A stretch of 64,000 nucleotides of DNA. It comes from Balanoglossus misakiensis. Taxonomy: Eukaryota > Animalia > Hemichordata. This document shows, in pieces, positions 1 to 11,583 of the stretch; the first letter of the stretch is position 1; the number at the start of each line of letters is the position of its first letter. A program made the position numbers and the translations under genes. The stretch covers positions 1 to 64,000 of the forward strand of contig JBECUI020000037.1 in assembly GCA_040954595.2 (NCBI GenBank). Reading direction: 5' to 3'. A model generated the notes under the pieces. That model was not told the origin of the DNA. It worked only from the letters and a program-made list of their open reading frames with translations, and did no database searches.

Positions 1-13
1 CAGTTTCTTGCAT

Positions 14-706
14 TCATCCACCGCCCATTAATGCTGTGCTGTCTTCGCTAGAATTTTCTTTCGTTAAATCTACAATCATAGGAATATTAGCTCTTATAGC
101 TTTCCCAGTAACGATGGCATGATAAGGTTTCAAATTAGGCAATGTTTGTATTAAATTCTTGCCAACATGATTTTCTAAAAATTTAATGCTTGTTTCATCA
201 AAGGCTTGAAAACAAACAACTGTATTACATTGTGTTAAAATTGTTTTTTGAAATTTTGCTGTCCTTTGTGCTATAATTAAAACCCCAATGCCATACTTAC
301 GTCTTTGAAGTGCTATTTGCCCCATATTATTGACTAATGCTTGAGAACTTTTTGTACTTGTTCCGGCAAAGTTCGATTCAGGTATAATCGTATGCGCCTC
401 TTCTACAACAAGGTGAGAATTGACCAAAACGAACTATGCCACAAAATTTTATTTTCAAATATATTTTCTATAGAGAGGAAAACTAATAATAGGCGGAGTG
501 GTATTTATTATTACATTTTTAGGTGAACTATAGTAAGGTTCTATAAACAAAATAGAAAACAGCAACATAAATATTCCAGAATAAAACCAGAGATTTTTAA
601 ATTCTGTAGTTGGTAATATTATTCCTGTTGTAAAATAAGAACCCACACAAAATAGAATAGAAAACAATATAAATAAAATAAACCTATTCTTTAAAATTTC
701 CCCCAT
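14..706 (-). pseudogene. Membrane-anchored HerA/DUF87-like ATPase with a large internal deletion
   Basis: The N-terminal hydrophobic helices (ORF 455..757, likely start ATG 706) run almost directly into a HerA-type C-terminus with Walker B LVVEEAH, LQRRKYGIG and AQRT..TILTQCNT (ORF 14..427). No Walker A region lies between them. Confidence 0.7.
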
Positions 707-790
707 AGCTTCTCTCAGGCCGTCACCCTGCCTCAGGCAAGGGTTGTTATATATCATCTATATTTTTAATAAACATACTCACTATATTTT

Positions 791-820
791 AGTGTAGTAA
801 CGCTAACGATAAATAGTCAA
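791..820 (-). promoter_or_regulatory. Putative sigma70 promoter of the HerA-like gene
   Basis: TTGACT (820-815), 18-nt spacer, TACACT (796-791) on the minus strand. Confidence 0.4.
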
Positions 821-865
821 GAACAAACAATTAGTCGAGCAGATTATATACAAGCAGACCGTATC

Positions 866-1804
866 TTATAAATTACTTGAGTAAGGTAATTTCTTTATAT
901 AGTCTTCCATAAATTGCCAATCCGGGTTATTGTAGTTATCCACTGGAAGTTTAATTTTTTCTGATTTTAATCTAGTTTGACTTCTTTTTCTCCCATAGTT
1001 ATATCTATATTGTTCCATATTGATAACAGTCATCAAAAAAATAGCTATATGCTTATTAAGGTTATCCCCAATTAATTCTAATTTTTCTACATGATCACTT
1101 GCTGAAAAATCTTTTTCTTGATAACTACAATATCCCAACACAGCACTATCTACACACAACACATTGCCCTTTTCAGTTTTATAATTAAAAAGTCCTTCTA
1201 CTCCATTATTAACAGCTTGTGTTGTAACATAAGGAAATAGACCTTTTTTATATTCCAATAAGTCATCAATAGGGGTTGTTTCTGTTCCTTCTATTTTAAA
1301 AATATCAGAATATAAAAAGAATTTCCATTCTCTATCGCTCAGATTTATTTTTTTAATCACAGCAGCATTTTTTATAGGTTTTTCAATATATTATTTTATC
1401 AACATATCTTGGAATCTCATCAAGAGAAGGTATCTTTATCTTGCTTAGTGTTTTGTTTGCTTGTCTACCAAAAGAATATCTATATTTATTAGCCCTTAAT
1501 ATCATGCAATAATAAAGCATTTGGTTTTTTGTCATTTCTGTTTTAGGTTGTAAATAATATAAATCTCTTCCACTATAATACTCTTTTTCTTGAAAAAACA
1601 TTCCATAACAGACCCACTTGCAGAAAGGGAAATAGTCATTGGAGGGTTTGGGGCAATCCCTTCTAGTTTCTCTACATACCCAACAACTCCGTTGTTCTGG
1701 CTTGTCCTTGAAACAAAGGGAATCCCATCTTGTGTAGCAACCATTTTATTGTATTCTAAGTTAATACCATACACTGCATTAAACAATTCTTCTAATGTAA
1801 CCAT
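866..1804 (-). CDS. Restriction-modification specificity (S) subunit, BcgIB-like, two TRDs (frameshifted)
   Basis: ORFs 1532..1804, 1383..1601 and 866..1360 join into two TRD repeats (PFVSRTSQNNGV / PYVTTQAVNNGV; RYSFGRQAN / RYNYGRKRS). The C-terminus IKLPVD..PDWQFMEDYIK is typical of these subunits. Confidence 0.85.
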
Positions 1805-1806
1805 AT

Positions 1807-3664
1807 CTATTTCTCATTTAAAAATTGATAGGAAATATAGCTTTTGAGTGTTTTAACAAAATCTTTCTCTGTAAGCGAACTATAATCAGTCTCCATATAT
1901 GCCTCAGCACACCATTCATCTTTATGTGTTACACATTGTCTAACGCTAAATCCTGCCTTAACATCTTTATTTCTATATAAAGATAACCATTCGCTTTTAA
2001 TGGTTTTCCATTTGCTATAATAATCAATACGACCTAGCTTCTTTCTTTTAACCAAACCATCATTTTTATAATAGCCAAAAAATGTTTCTTGATTTGAATC
2101 GTGCGGAGTATGTGCTTCCCATACCATAACACAAGTTACAGTCCCTTCAGGATAAAAAATATCATCTGGCATAGAAAATACGGCTTTTAGTGTATGGTTT
2201 TTAAACAGTCTTTCTCTAACATCCTTAAATTTCGTTCCAATAGCACAAGACATAGGAACCACACAAACTCAATCCCTCCTACTACTAAAACATGTAATAA
2301 ATGTTCCTAAATTCTAACTCAACTTTATCAGATTGAGAATATGGAGGGTTAATAAGACCAACATTAATATTTTTCTCTTTCAATTCGGTTGTTATTTTAT
2401 TGTCAAAACAATCTCCATAATAAATGTTGGATTTTCCATCTTTTCTAATTATCATATTGGCAACGGCTAAAGAATACAATTCATCATCAAATTCTACTCC
2501 ATATAATTGCTTTATTCTAATGTTATCTATTTCAGTGGGAGAAGCATTCTCGAACATTTTAGCCATTGCAGTAATTAAAAATGAAGCAGAACCGCAACAA
2601 ATATCTACTACTTTACTATTTTTGTTCACATTAGCAAGCTCACTCATAAAATCCGTCAAATGTTGCGGTGTTAAAACAATACCTAATCCTTTGCCATCTC
2701 CTCCAGAATACTTAATAAATTCATGATAGAACACTCCTAACGCATCTACCGTAGAATCCGCATAATCCATCATTGGTTTAATTTTTAACTCTAATTGTTC
2801 AATATACCAAGAAATGGACTTGTGGTGTCCTAAAGCTATGGCTTTAAATTTAGTATTTTCTTTTAGTACCTCAAATGCCTTGTTGAATATAACTAATTTC
2901 TGCTTGATTTTATATTACTATTTTTTTAATATATTTTCTATTGAGTTTTTAATATTTTGTATAATTGAGTTATAAGAGGTAATGTACTATAACTTTTAAA
3001 AAATCCTCATCTTCTAAAGCTATAAGTATTCCTGCAATAAATATTGGTTTATGCCTTTCAGACATTTTAATTTCCCTTAGATATTCGTGCATATCTATTG
3101 CTGTATTTCTTATTTCGTCAAGAGAGTAAGATTTTTTAAGTTTTTTCCCCTTTCGCTAATATCTATATAGTTTTTAGGTTCAAGTATGATGTCTCGTACC
3201 TTTTTCCATTCAATAAAATCATCTTGTCTTTTTCCCCAATAAAAGGTTGACACCCTTATCTTATCTTTAACCGTACCACTTACCGCAACTGCTATAACGT
3301 TATACTCAAATTTCAGGAACTTGGCATAATAAAGAACACCATCTACAGCATAGGAATTTGGTTTGTTTTTTTTATCTGTTTCATGTCTATTAGTTTGTCT
3401 TTTACATTCTACAACTATAATAGTATTGCTATCATCATTAAAAGTAATTATATACTCAGGTTTTCCTTTTCCTTTCTCTTTACTAGAAGTAAAATCTTCG
3501 ATGCTACATTCTCGAGGTTTCCCTCCCGAGTGATAAAGCATCTGCTTAATTTTTGTTACGTTTTCAACGTCTCCTTGTGGGAATACAAAACCAAAGTCAT
3601 TCTTTCCAATATGAGAGTTCATTTCTTTTAAAGTTAAACTTTCTGTATACTGTTCACTCGCCAT
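1807..3664 (-). CDS. Fused endonuclease/N6-adenine methyltransferase, BcgIA-like Type IIB/IIG (frameshifted)
   Basis: N-terminal PD-(D/E)xK-like motif (KPEY...VVECK), LGIVLTP, motif I DICCGSASF, motif IV NPPY. Fragments 3110..3664, 2285..2773 and 1807..2262 span about 620 codons and lie directly upstream of an S subunit. Confidence 0.85.
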
Positions 3665-3959
3665 ACGACCTCACTTCCTTTGTAAAAAAAGAATAATACT
3701 TTATATCACCATTGTATATATATTTATTTAAAAAAGGAAGGCTACCTTCTGTGTTCCCCCTGTAAACACAATAAACTGTTCGCAAATGGAGAGTGCACTT
3801 CTTAGCTGATACTAACGCGGAACTTGAGGATATCAAACGGGTGTGGATCAATCATTATTATTTGCCAAACAGGATTTACCGGATCATCTACGTTATTTAT
3901 CGAGTAAATGGGCACTGGTGTTTTAAGCGACTCTGCCTGCTTATCTATGCGAAGGTCTA

Positions 3960-4196
3960 TTAATCGTCCGGTAAGGCGTCGAATTCTTTCTTTTTATTTT
4001 CAAACCATTCTTGCATGACTTTCGGATCTTTCATAAGGTCATGCATGGCTTCCATCGCTTTCAAATGAGTTTCATCCTTCTTCTGGAACATTTCCGTTCC
4101 ATGTTGTTTACTCATTTCGGCCATTTCATCAAATGAATTGGCATGAAACTCTTTATCGCAAGCACCACCGAGTTGTTTGCACGTCATTGTTTTCAT
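3960..4196 (-). CDS. DUF1059-family small protein
   Basis: MKTMTCKQLGGACDKEFHANSFDEMAEMSKQH pattern; GGGAG RBS before ATG 4196. Confidence 0.8.
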   Translation of the reverse strand: MKTMTCKQLGGACDKEFHANSFDEMAEMSKQHGTEMFQKKDETHLKAMEAMHDLMKDPKVMQEWFENKKKEFDALPDD

Positions 4197-4273
4197 AGGT
4201 ATCTCCCGTATGTATAACACACTATATTGTTCTGTATACACTATGGCGTTTCTTTTGTCAAGGTAGTGCAGAA

Positions 4274-5398
4274 TTATTGTAGAAGGGTAATTGCTCGTTG
4301 TATGACCGGGTCGTTTGTAGCGGCAGAAGTTAAAGGTACATCCGGTTGTATTCCTACCTTGAAGAACTCTGTTTTGTCTGCTGTAGTTGTGCGACTCGTT
4401 GTTATTCTAAACACCCACCCATTGGGAAGTTCGCGGTCAATAATAGTGCCTGCAGATCCATGGGTTGGCATACCGATAGTTTCTCGATACCCGACGGCTT
4501 TTTGGAGCATGAGAAGCAACATTTCGCCACCGCTACTTGTATTTGTATTTACCAGTATCACGATTGGGGCGGTTCTATAATAATCAACACCCTGTGGGTG
4601 GACGAATTCATTAACGGTTTTATAGCTCGTTGGTGAGGTAATGTACTTGGAAATCATAAATATTTCTTTTTTATTTATGAACCGACCGGCAATCTCTTTC
4701 CCGTTTTGTACCGCCCCACCGGCGTCGCTGCGCAGATCAAAGATAATTGAGACGACATTCTTGCTATGGAATTCACTCAGAATTTCATCAATAAGTCTGC
4801 CAAAAACACCCTTTTTTGAAGTAAGCCTTCCGGCACCGCCAATAGCTTGTACGAGTTCTTTTACAAAAATGTATCAATCAGATTACTACCCGGTTGGTCT
4901 ATTATACCTATTATACCGTAGTATAGGGCTTGTGTCCGATCCAACATGGTAAGAGAGGAAAGATTATCTACCCAAGTATTGGATAAGCCTTCACTACCGA
5001 ATGGGAAGAAATCATCGTAGTTGCTGCCGCGCTCTTGTTGTAAGTAAGTATTTCCGATTGGTAGGGGAGAATATATCGAATATAGATGGGTATCGCGAAT
5101 ATGTACATTGATAACACGATCAAGGGCAGTAATCAATGTACTCCATGTAGGTGATTCTGCCAAGTTTCTTCGCTCTGTTATTTTTATATCTTGCAGGGAG
5201 CCGGAGTCGAATGCGTAGTCTTTGTACGCGTAGCCCTCTTCCAGTTCATGGAAGAAAAAATCATAGTTGCCAAGCGGAGTATTTGCAAAAGGTACTCCCG
5301 TAGGCGATTGTACAACCGGTTCCCGTACCAATAAGGAGAATCAAAAAGAGGGGGGCAAGTATTTTCTTAAAACCTGAAGACAAGACCAAATAGCACAT
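4274..5398 (-). CDS. S41-family peptidase lipoprotein, copy 1 (frameshifted)
   Basis: Lipobox-like GTGC, Tricorn-C1-like NYDFFFHELE..YAYKDY and IRDTHL, DLRSDAGG, catalytic SSGGE, IG.PTHG, ELPNGW, GIQPD. Confidence 0.8.
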
Positions 5399-6168
5399 TG
5401 TTTTGCAACTCCAATCGTGAACGAGGAATAGTAATGTATTCCAACACGCCGTAATACTCAACTATAAGGGCAAGCAATGAAGACACTGAATACTGGTAAG
5501 CGAGACGCATGTCCATGCTAACAAAGTTATGAAAAGACAGGAAAGTGGGGGCATTAAATAGGACAGGAACAAATCCTTGTGTTTCAAGAATTGTTTCTTC
5601 ATGAAGGGTGTATCCGGAATAGGCTGGGCGCCAACCAATGTTTAATACCGGCATGTATATCTGTGCGGTTAGTGCATGTAGTTGATTAATATCCCAACGA
5701 AATTGCATCCGTGGACCTATGCCGGAGTGTATCAGCCAAGTGTACCGAAGGGTGGAAGAGCTATTCGATACCCATATATTCCCGGTTAGGTGTACTCCCG
5801 GACCAAGCATAAACGAGATAGTACGGTAATGCCAGACTAGAAACAGCGAAGAGTATTGTATATTTAGTTGAAAGGCCAAGTCGGATGGGGGAGGGGTGGA
5901 CGAGTATGATATGCCGTAGGGTGAAAAAATCTTCCCCCCACCACCGCGTAGGGTGAGGCGATGTTCAGTAGTAGGCGTTTGGTAGGCATATCCTAGGTTG
6001 ATGCCACCCAAGAGCGGCATTTTATATAGGTTTGCATACACACTGTCGCCAACAGGACCGGTTAAAAAATATTGCTCCAAACTGAAATTCAGAATGCCGC
6101 GTTTGCTCTTCTTGGGCAAAAAGAGAGAATGCACCTATCATCAAGACACAGTATAGAAGTCTTCTCAT
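5367..6168 (-). CDS. Small outer-membrane beta-barrel protein, copy 1 (frameshift near N-terminus)
   Basis: Signal peptide MRRLLYCVLMIGAFSLFAQEE from ATG 6168, alternating amphipathic strands, C-terminal beta-signal LVFRF. Confidence 0.7.
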
Positions 6169-6176
6169 CTAAGAAC

Positions 6177-6206
6177 ATGATAAGAATATCTGCAGCATCC
6201 AGTCAA
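6177..6206 (-). promoter_or_regulatory. Cassette 1 promoter (near-leaderless)
   Basis: TTGACT, 18-nt spacer, TATCAT; ATG 8 nt downstream; no Shine-Dalgarno. Confidence 0.55.
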
Positions 6207-6225
6207 GGGGGGAGTAATCTACCGA

Positions 6226-7346
6226 TTATTTAACTGTCTGTAATATGTCTACTGCTTTATCTAAACTCTGGTCGAAGGTGGAGAAAGGACTAGCAATAGA
6301 TCTCAAAAATATATCTGGGCTAATACCAACCTTAAAGTAGTCAAAGCCGTCGAGCATAAAAGTGCGAAATCGCGGAAAGGTAACTATCCATCCATTTGGC
6401 AGTTCCCGTTTGTTCGCGGCTCCAGTGCATCCTAAAGAAGATGTTCCAATGACCTTTTGTATTGCCTCTGATTGTTGCAGCAGCATCAGGAGCATTTCGG
6501 CAGCACTACAGGTAAGGGTATTTATAGTACGACAAAGGGTTTATCTTGATAGTATGAAAATCCTTTTGGTTGGATGGTTTCATACTGCTTTTGGGAGCTG
6601 GTCTCGGAAATGCGCAATTCGGCCATCATAAAAGGTTTTTTCTTGTTGATAAATCGTGACCCCACCTCCATTGCATTTTGTCCGGCGCCACCCGGGTTGC
6701 CCCGAAGGTCAATAATAATTTTTTCCACACCATTACTGCGGAATTCTTTTAGAATATTATCAAGCCTTTGTCCAAGCACTTCTTGGTCCATGCCCAAAAA
6801 CTGTACAATATGGAAGTATCCAATGGGGGGAGTTGTCGTAGTTATTAGCCCGTATTGCAAAATATTTCCTGCGTCTATTATGTTGCCAGGAAAATTGAAC
6901 TCGGGAGTATTCTGTTTGTCGGCATTGAATTGGTAATCCGGTGTGTATAGATCAAGGTCAGTTCCTCGTTTCTCTTGTATGAGACCTGAGAAAGTTTTTT
7001 CTGTGGCAGGTATTAATCCTTGGTCGAAATATAAATGTGGGTCGCGAATATGCAGATAGGCAACATCATGGAAAACTTCTCGTAGCTTTCCCCAAGTAGG
7101 GGTAGCACGGATAACCGGCTTAAACAAGTTTTCTATATCTGTCAGAGTTCGTTCGTTTTCAAATGTATAATCGCTGTATGCATACATGGTTTTTAGTTCG
7201 TGAAAGAAATAATCATAGTTTCCTACTGGTGTATTCTCAAAAGCCGGAGAAAATGAGAAACTACAGCCGACACTAACCAAAACTATGAACAGCAGAGCCG
7301 CTGTTCGGAACAATTTAGAAACGAAATACCATATTGAGGTTAACAT
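6226..7346 (-). CDS. S41-family peptidase lipoprotein, copy 2 (one frameshift near 6525)
   Basis: VSVGC lipobox, IRDPHL, DLRGNPGG, TCSAAE, GCTG, ELPNGW, GISPD. Confidence 0.85.
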
Positions 7347-8094
7347 TATTTTGTAGCTCCAAACGAATATGAGGAATAGCAAGATATTCAAGTAGACCGT
7401 TATACTCGATTTCCAGTAACAACCATGAAAGAAGCGCATACTGATACGCAATGTTCATATCAAGGCTAATAAAATTATGAAAAGATAGAAAAGAAGGGTT
7501 TGTAAACGTCTCCCAGCCCTTAGCATAATCTGATGCAGATTCCAAAACCTGTTCTGAATAGTATGGGCGCCAGCCAACGTTTACTATTGGAATGTATAGA
7601 CCTACTAACAGTGCATGGGCCTGATTTATTTGCCAGTTCATATTTGCCTTAAAGCCCACACCCGTATATTGCGTCCATACTGTTGTTAGGGACATCCACG
7701 TGTTCAATGTGAAATGTGCTCCAGCTCCGAGAAAGACTGCTATTTGATTGTTCGCCCATACCTGAAACAGCGATATATACCTTGCTTTAATTATATAAGC
7801 AAACCCGACTGGAAGCTGAAATTCCGGTGTGGCAGCCTGATACAACGAAAACAAAGAGCCTGCTCCAGACAGTATAAGGAATTTATGTTGAGTTCGGGCA
7901 GTACGATATGTATACTCAATGCCCCCACCACCGAGAAGCGGTACTTTATATAGGTTTGCATACGCCCTATCGGCCCCTACACCTGAAAAAAGTGTAGCGA
8001 TCATGCGAATTTCGGAATGTTGTATTTTCTCCTCTTGTGCAAACAGTGAAGAAATAAATATTATCCATAATATGCAACATAATATCCGGCGCAT
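7315..8094 (-). CDS. Small outer-membrane beta-barrel protein, copy 2 (intact)
   Basis: 259 aa; signal peptide ending LFA-QEE; amphipathic strands; C-terminal MVFRF. Confidence 0.75.
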   Translation of the reverse strand: MRRILCCILWIIFISSLFAQEEKIQHSEIRMIATLFSGVGADRAYANLYKVPLLGGGGIEYTYRTARTQHKFLILSGAGSLFSLYQAATPEFQLPVGFAYIIKARYISLFQVWANNQIAVFLGAGAHFTLNTWMSLTTVWTQYTGVGFKANMNWQINQAHALLVGLYIPIVNVGWRPYYSEQVLESASDYAKGWETFTNPSFLSFHNFISLDMNIAYQYALLSWLLLEIEYNGLLEYLAIPHIRLELQNNVNLNMVFRF

Positions 8095-8103
8095 AGCTTA
8101 TGC

Positions 8104-8132
8104 AGGATAGCGGTGAAAAGCAACCAAGTCAA
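8104..8132 (-). promoter_or_regulatory. Cassette 2 promoter (near-leaderless)
   Basis: TTGACT, 17-nt spacer, TATCCT; ATG 9 nt downstream. Confidence 0.55.
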
Positions 8133-8176
8133 GGAGAGAAATGAGCCGGGACATGCATAGTTATTGGGTTAAATAA

Positions 8177-8198
8177 GCCGGAGAGTTTTCCCTCCGGC
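8177..8198 (-). terminator. Hairpin terminator after the PTS IIC gene
   Basis: GCCGGAG..CTCCGGC stem followed by TTATTT on the minus strand. Confidence 0.6.
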
Positions 8199-8215
8199 AA
8201 AATAAGGTTCTGCTA

Positions 8216-9478
8216 CTAAGGCATAAACAGTTTTACTATGTTACCCAGAATTGCTCCGATAGCAATAAAATCAGTGTCTGAGAACGTTGTATTCGCAAAT
8301 CCGAGATCCCCTAGAAGAGGCAGAAGTGTAATGGGCAAGAATGTAATCATTAACCCATTCACAAATGAACCTAATACGGCTCCTCTTCTTCCTCCGGTTG
8401 CATTGCCGAATACACCTGCGGTAGCACCGGTGAAAAAGTGGGGAATGACACCCGGTAAGATGAGAACCCAACTGAATACACCGCAAACTGCCATGCCAAC
8501 CAAGCCACCAATAAAGCTAAAGAAAAATCCGATAAAGACCGCATTGGGAGCGTAAGGAAAAACAATAGGACAATCGAGTGCCGGTTTGCATGGGGAACAA
8601 GTTTTTCGGAAAAGCCCTTAAAGGCAGGAACAATCTCTGTTATAACCAAGCGGACGCCGGAAAGGACAATAAACACACCAGCTGCAAAGGTAATACCCTG
8701 AATAAGGGCAAAAAGGATGAAATTCTGGCCGTTGCTCAGTTCTGTTTCAACAAAGGTCTGCCCTGCAGCAATAACAACAATGAAATAGAGTATACACATT
8801 GTCAAAGAAATAGAAATTGAATTGTCACGTAAGAAGGCCAACTGCTTTGGAAAATTCATATCTTCAGTTGATTTTGAATTCTTTCCTACAAGTTTTCCGA
8901 CATATGCAGATGCAACATAGCCGATTGTGCTGAAATGTCCAAAGCCAACCTCGTCGGTCCCTGTAATTTTTCTCATAGTTGGTTGGGCTATGGCAGGAAA
9001 GAATGCCATTGTAAAACCCAGAATAACAGAACCAAGAGCAATCAAGCCTATACCGGACATGCCGCCGACTTCTAGAACTACAGCAATGATACATGCCATA
9101 TACAGCGTGTGATGTCCAGTAAGGAAAATATACTTCAGAGGCGTAAATCGAGCTATCAGTATGTTTACAAACATACCAAAACACATAATAAGAGCAGTAT
9201 ACGTGCCAAATGTCTGCAATGCGAGAGAGACAATAGCTTCGTTGTTTGGTACTACTCCTTGTACATTAAATCCAGTTTGAAAGAGTACCCCGAAGTGGTT
9301 AAGGGCACCAACAATAATACCCGCGCCACCTCCTAGTACGATAAACCCTAATGTTGACTTCAATGTACCACGAACGATGTCTTCTATAGGTTTTTTCTGT
9401 GCGATAAGACCAATAAAAGCAACAACTCCGATCATAATAGCCGGAACACTCAAAAAATCAAGAAAAAAAACTTAACAT
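8216..9478 (-). CDS. ulaA: PTS ascorbate-family (UlaA/SgaT) IIC component (frameshifted)
   Basis: VPNNEA, KYIFLTGHHTLYMA, GFGHF, ILPGVIPHFFTGATAGVFGNATGG, TTFSDTDF; ORFs 8371..9453 and 8216..8503. Confidence 0.9.
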
Positions 9479-9519
9479 GTTATTCCCTCCTGGATTAAAT
9501 ATCTATAACAAAAGAAGCG

Positions 9520-9783
9520 TTATAAAACGTCTTCTATATGTTTTTTAATTTCTTCTTTATCAAAAATATTATTTAATGTAACGATCTTGCCAAGGTAGGT
9601 TGCAGCTGAGGCAATATCCTTTGTAGCAAAAAATAGTCTCCCATGCCTACATAGGCAGAACTGAGGTCGGAATGCAAACTTCAATTTCATCCTCCTTTCC
9701 ATTTCTTTAAGCACTTCTTTAATTTTTAATTCAAGCATAAAACTACTTCCCAGACCTGATCCACAAATAGCAACTATTTTCAT
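9520..9783 (-). CDS. ulaB: PTS IIB component, ascorbate/lactose-type
   Basis: MKIVAICGSGLGSSFML phospho-Cys P-loop. Confidence 0.85.
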   Translation of the reverse strand: MKIVAICGSGLGSSFMLELKIKEVLKEMERRMKLKFAFRPQFCLCRHGRLFFATKDIASAATYLGKIVTLNNIFDKEEIKKHIEDVL

Positions 9784-9824
9784 CTCATTTACTCTCCTTT
9801 CATGTTCTTAGAAGCAGAACATGG

Positions 9825-10300
9825 TTACGTACCCTCTTTGTCTATTTGGCTTTGCATAATAGCCTTAATATCATTACTGCATGTACTGCTCTTCAATTCT
9901 GCTAGTAAGGTTTTGTTTTCTATTAGTTTCATAATATCAATGATAGCGGTTTCATTGAGTTCTTTTTTATCCTTGCATGCCAAGGTCAGAACAATGTATA
10001 TCGGGTCAAAATCGGAATGGCCGAAGGGAATGCTTTGTTTAAGTACGAGGAGCGAAAGCCCCGGTGCCACGAGCTCCGTCTTCAGGTCGAGCGTGTGGGC
10101 ATAGCAACGCCCGGCGCAATGACGAAGTAGGGACCCAGTTTTGCTCTGATGTTGAGAATTGCTTGATAATAGTCTGCACTGACAACTCCCCTTTCTTGGA
10201 GTGTATCAGTGCCTATCTTGACTGCTTCTTGCCACGTTGATACCCGTTCTACAAACCTGTATGCATCGGTAGCTAGAAGGTTTTGCAATATACTTAACAT
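9825..10300 (-). CDS. ulaC: PTS IIA component (frameshifted)
   Basis: WQEAV..LGPYFVIAPGVAMP(H) and GLSLLVLKQSIPFGHSDFDP; ORFs 10082..10300 and 9825..10070. Confidence 0.8.
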
Positions 10301-10324
10301 TCCTTCTTAATCTTTGTTACCTAT

Positions 10325-10403
10325 AGTGTAGCATAACCATTAATGAGATGCAATAACATGGAAAGGTAACTTATAAATAAATTCCAAAGTAAATCTTTCC
10401 CAT
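10325..10403 (-). promoter_or_regulatory. PTS operon promoter with an upstream imperfect inverted repeat
   Basis: TTGCAT, 17-nt spacer, TACACT (10353-10325); ATGGAAAG...CTTTCCCAT inverted repeat at 10358-10403. Confidence 0.45.
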
Positions 10404-10475
10404 AAAAAGTTCCTGAACAATAATGTCCGGTACATGACTCGGGTTTGAGTCAATGGGGAGGCATCTAATAAGAAA

Positions 10476-11583
10476 TTATTCCACTGCTTGTAGTAGTACG
10501 TCTAGGGCTTTACTTAGAACCTGATCGCTAATCTGGGGTTTCATACATAAAAGATTTCAAAACAATGTCCGGGGGGATCCCTACCTTAAAAAAATCGAAC
10601 CCGTCTACCGCGAAGGTGCGATGTTGTGGAAAAGCGATTATCCATCCATTGGGCATTTCTCGTTTGTCAGCGGCACCGGAGCAGCCAGCAGTAGTAGTTC
10701 CAATTACTTTTTGTATTGAGTCGGATTCTCGTAGTATCAGCAGTAGTATCTCGGCAGCACTACAGGTACGAGTATTTATCAATACAACAAAAGGTTTATC
10801 CTGATAGTATGAAAATCCTTCTGGGGAGATCGTTTCATAGACCTTTTGGGTGATAGTAGGAGACATACGTAGTTCGGTAATTATGAAATTCTTTTCTTGT
10901 TGATAAATCGTGAGCCAACCACTACTGCATTTGCGCCCTGTCCTCCCGGGTTCCCTCGAAGGTCAATAACAATTTTTTCCACACCCTCACTATGGAATCC
11001 TTTGAGAGCATGATCGAGCCTCCTGCCAAGTTCTTTTTTTTCAAGAGCATCCAGACTCGGAAATGTAAGTAGCCAATCGGGCTTGTTGTCTCGGTTATTA
11101 TTCCGTATTGAAAGGCATCCGTAGCATTTATTATGTTACCGGGGAAGAAGACCTTAGCCTCCGGATAGGCCCAGAAATTTGGTGTATATTGATCAAATTC
11201 GTCTCCACGTTCCTCTTGTGTGCGTTGCACGAACTCTTCTTGATTGATAGTTATCAGTTTATCGAAATATAAATGTGGATCGCGAATATGGATATAGGCA
11301 ACTTTATACAAGATGTCTGCCAGAGTTGCCCAAGTGGGGGTAGCCAGTATATCCGGTCTGAACATATTTTCTATATCTGTCAGGCTTCGTCCGTTTTCAA
11401 AAACATAATTTTTGTATGCATACGTCCGCTCCAGTTCGTGAAAAAAGAAATCATAGTTTCCCAGAGGTGTATTCTCAAAGGCAGGAAAAAACGAGAAGTT
11501 ACAGCCGATAGTTACAAAAACTATGACCATAGAGTAGTTATTTGAAATAGTTTAGAAGCGAAATACGACATTAAGGTTAACAT
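10476..11583 (-). CDS. S41-family peptidase lipoprotein, copy 3 (frameshifted)
   Basis: VTIGC lipobox, IRDPHL, DLRGNPGG, TCSAAE, GCSG, EMPNGW, GIPPD; the homologous tail DQVLSKALDVLLQAVE stops at 10476. Confidence 0.8.

Noticed and set aside
3654-3960. Short ORF or ncRNA between the RM gene and DUF1059
   Set aside because: No recognisable motif, RBS or convincing structure
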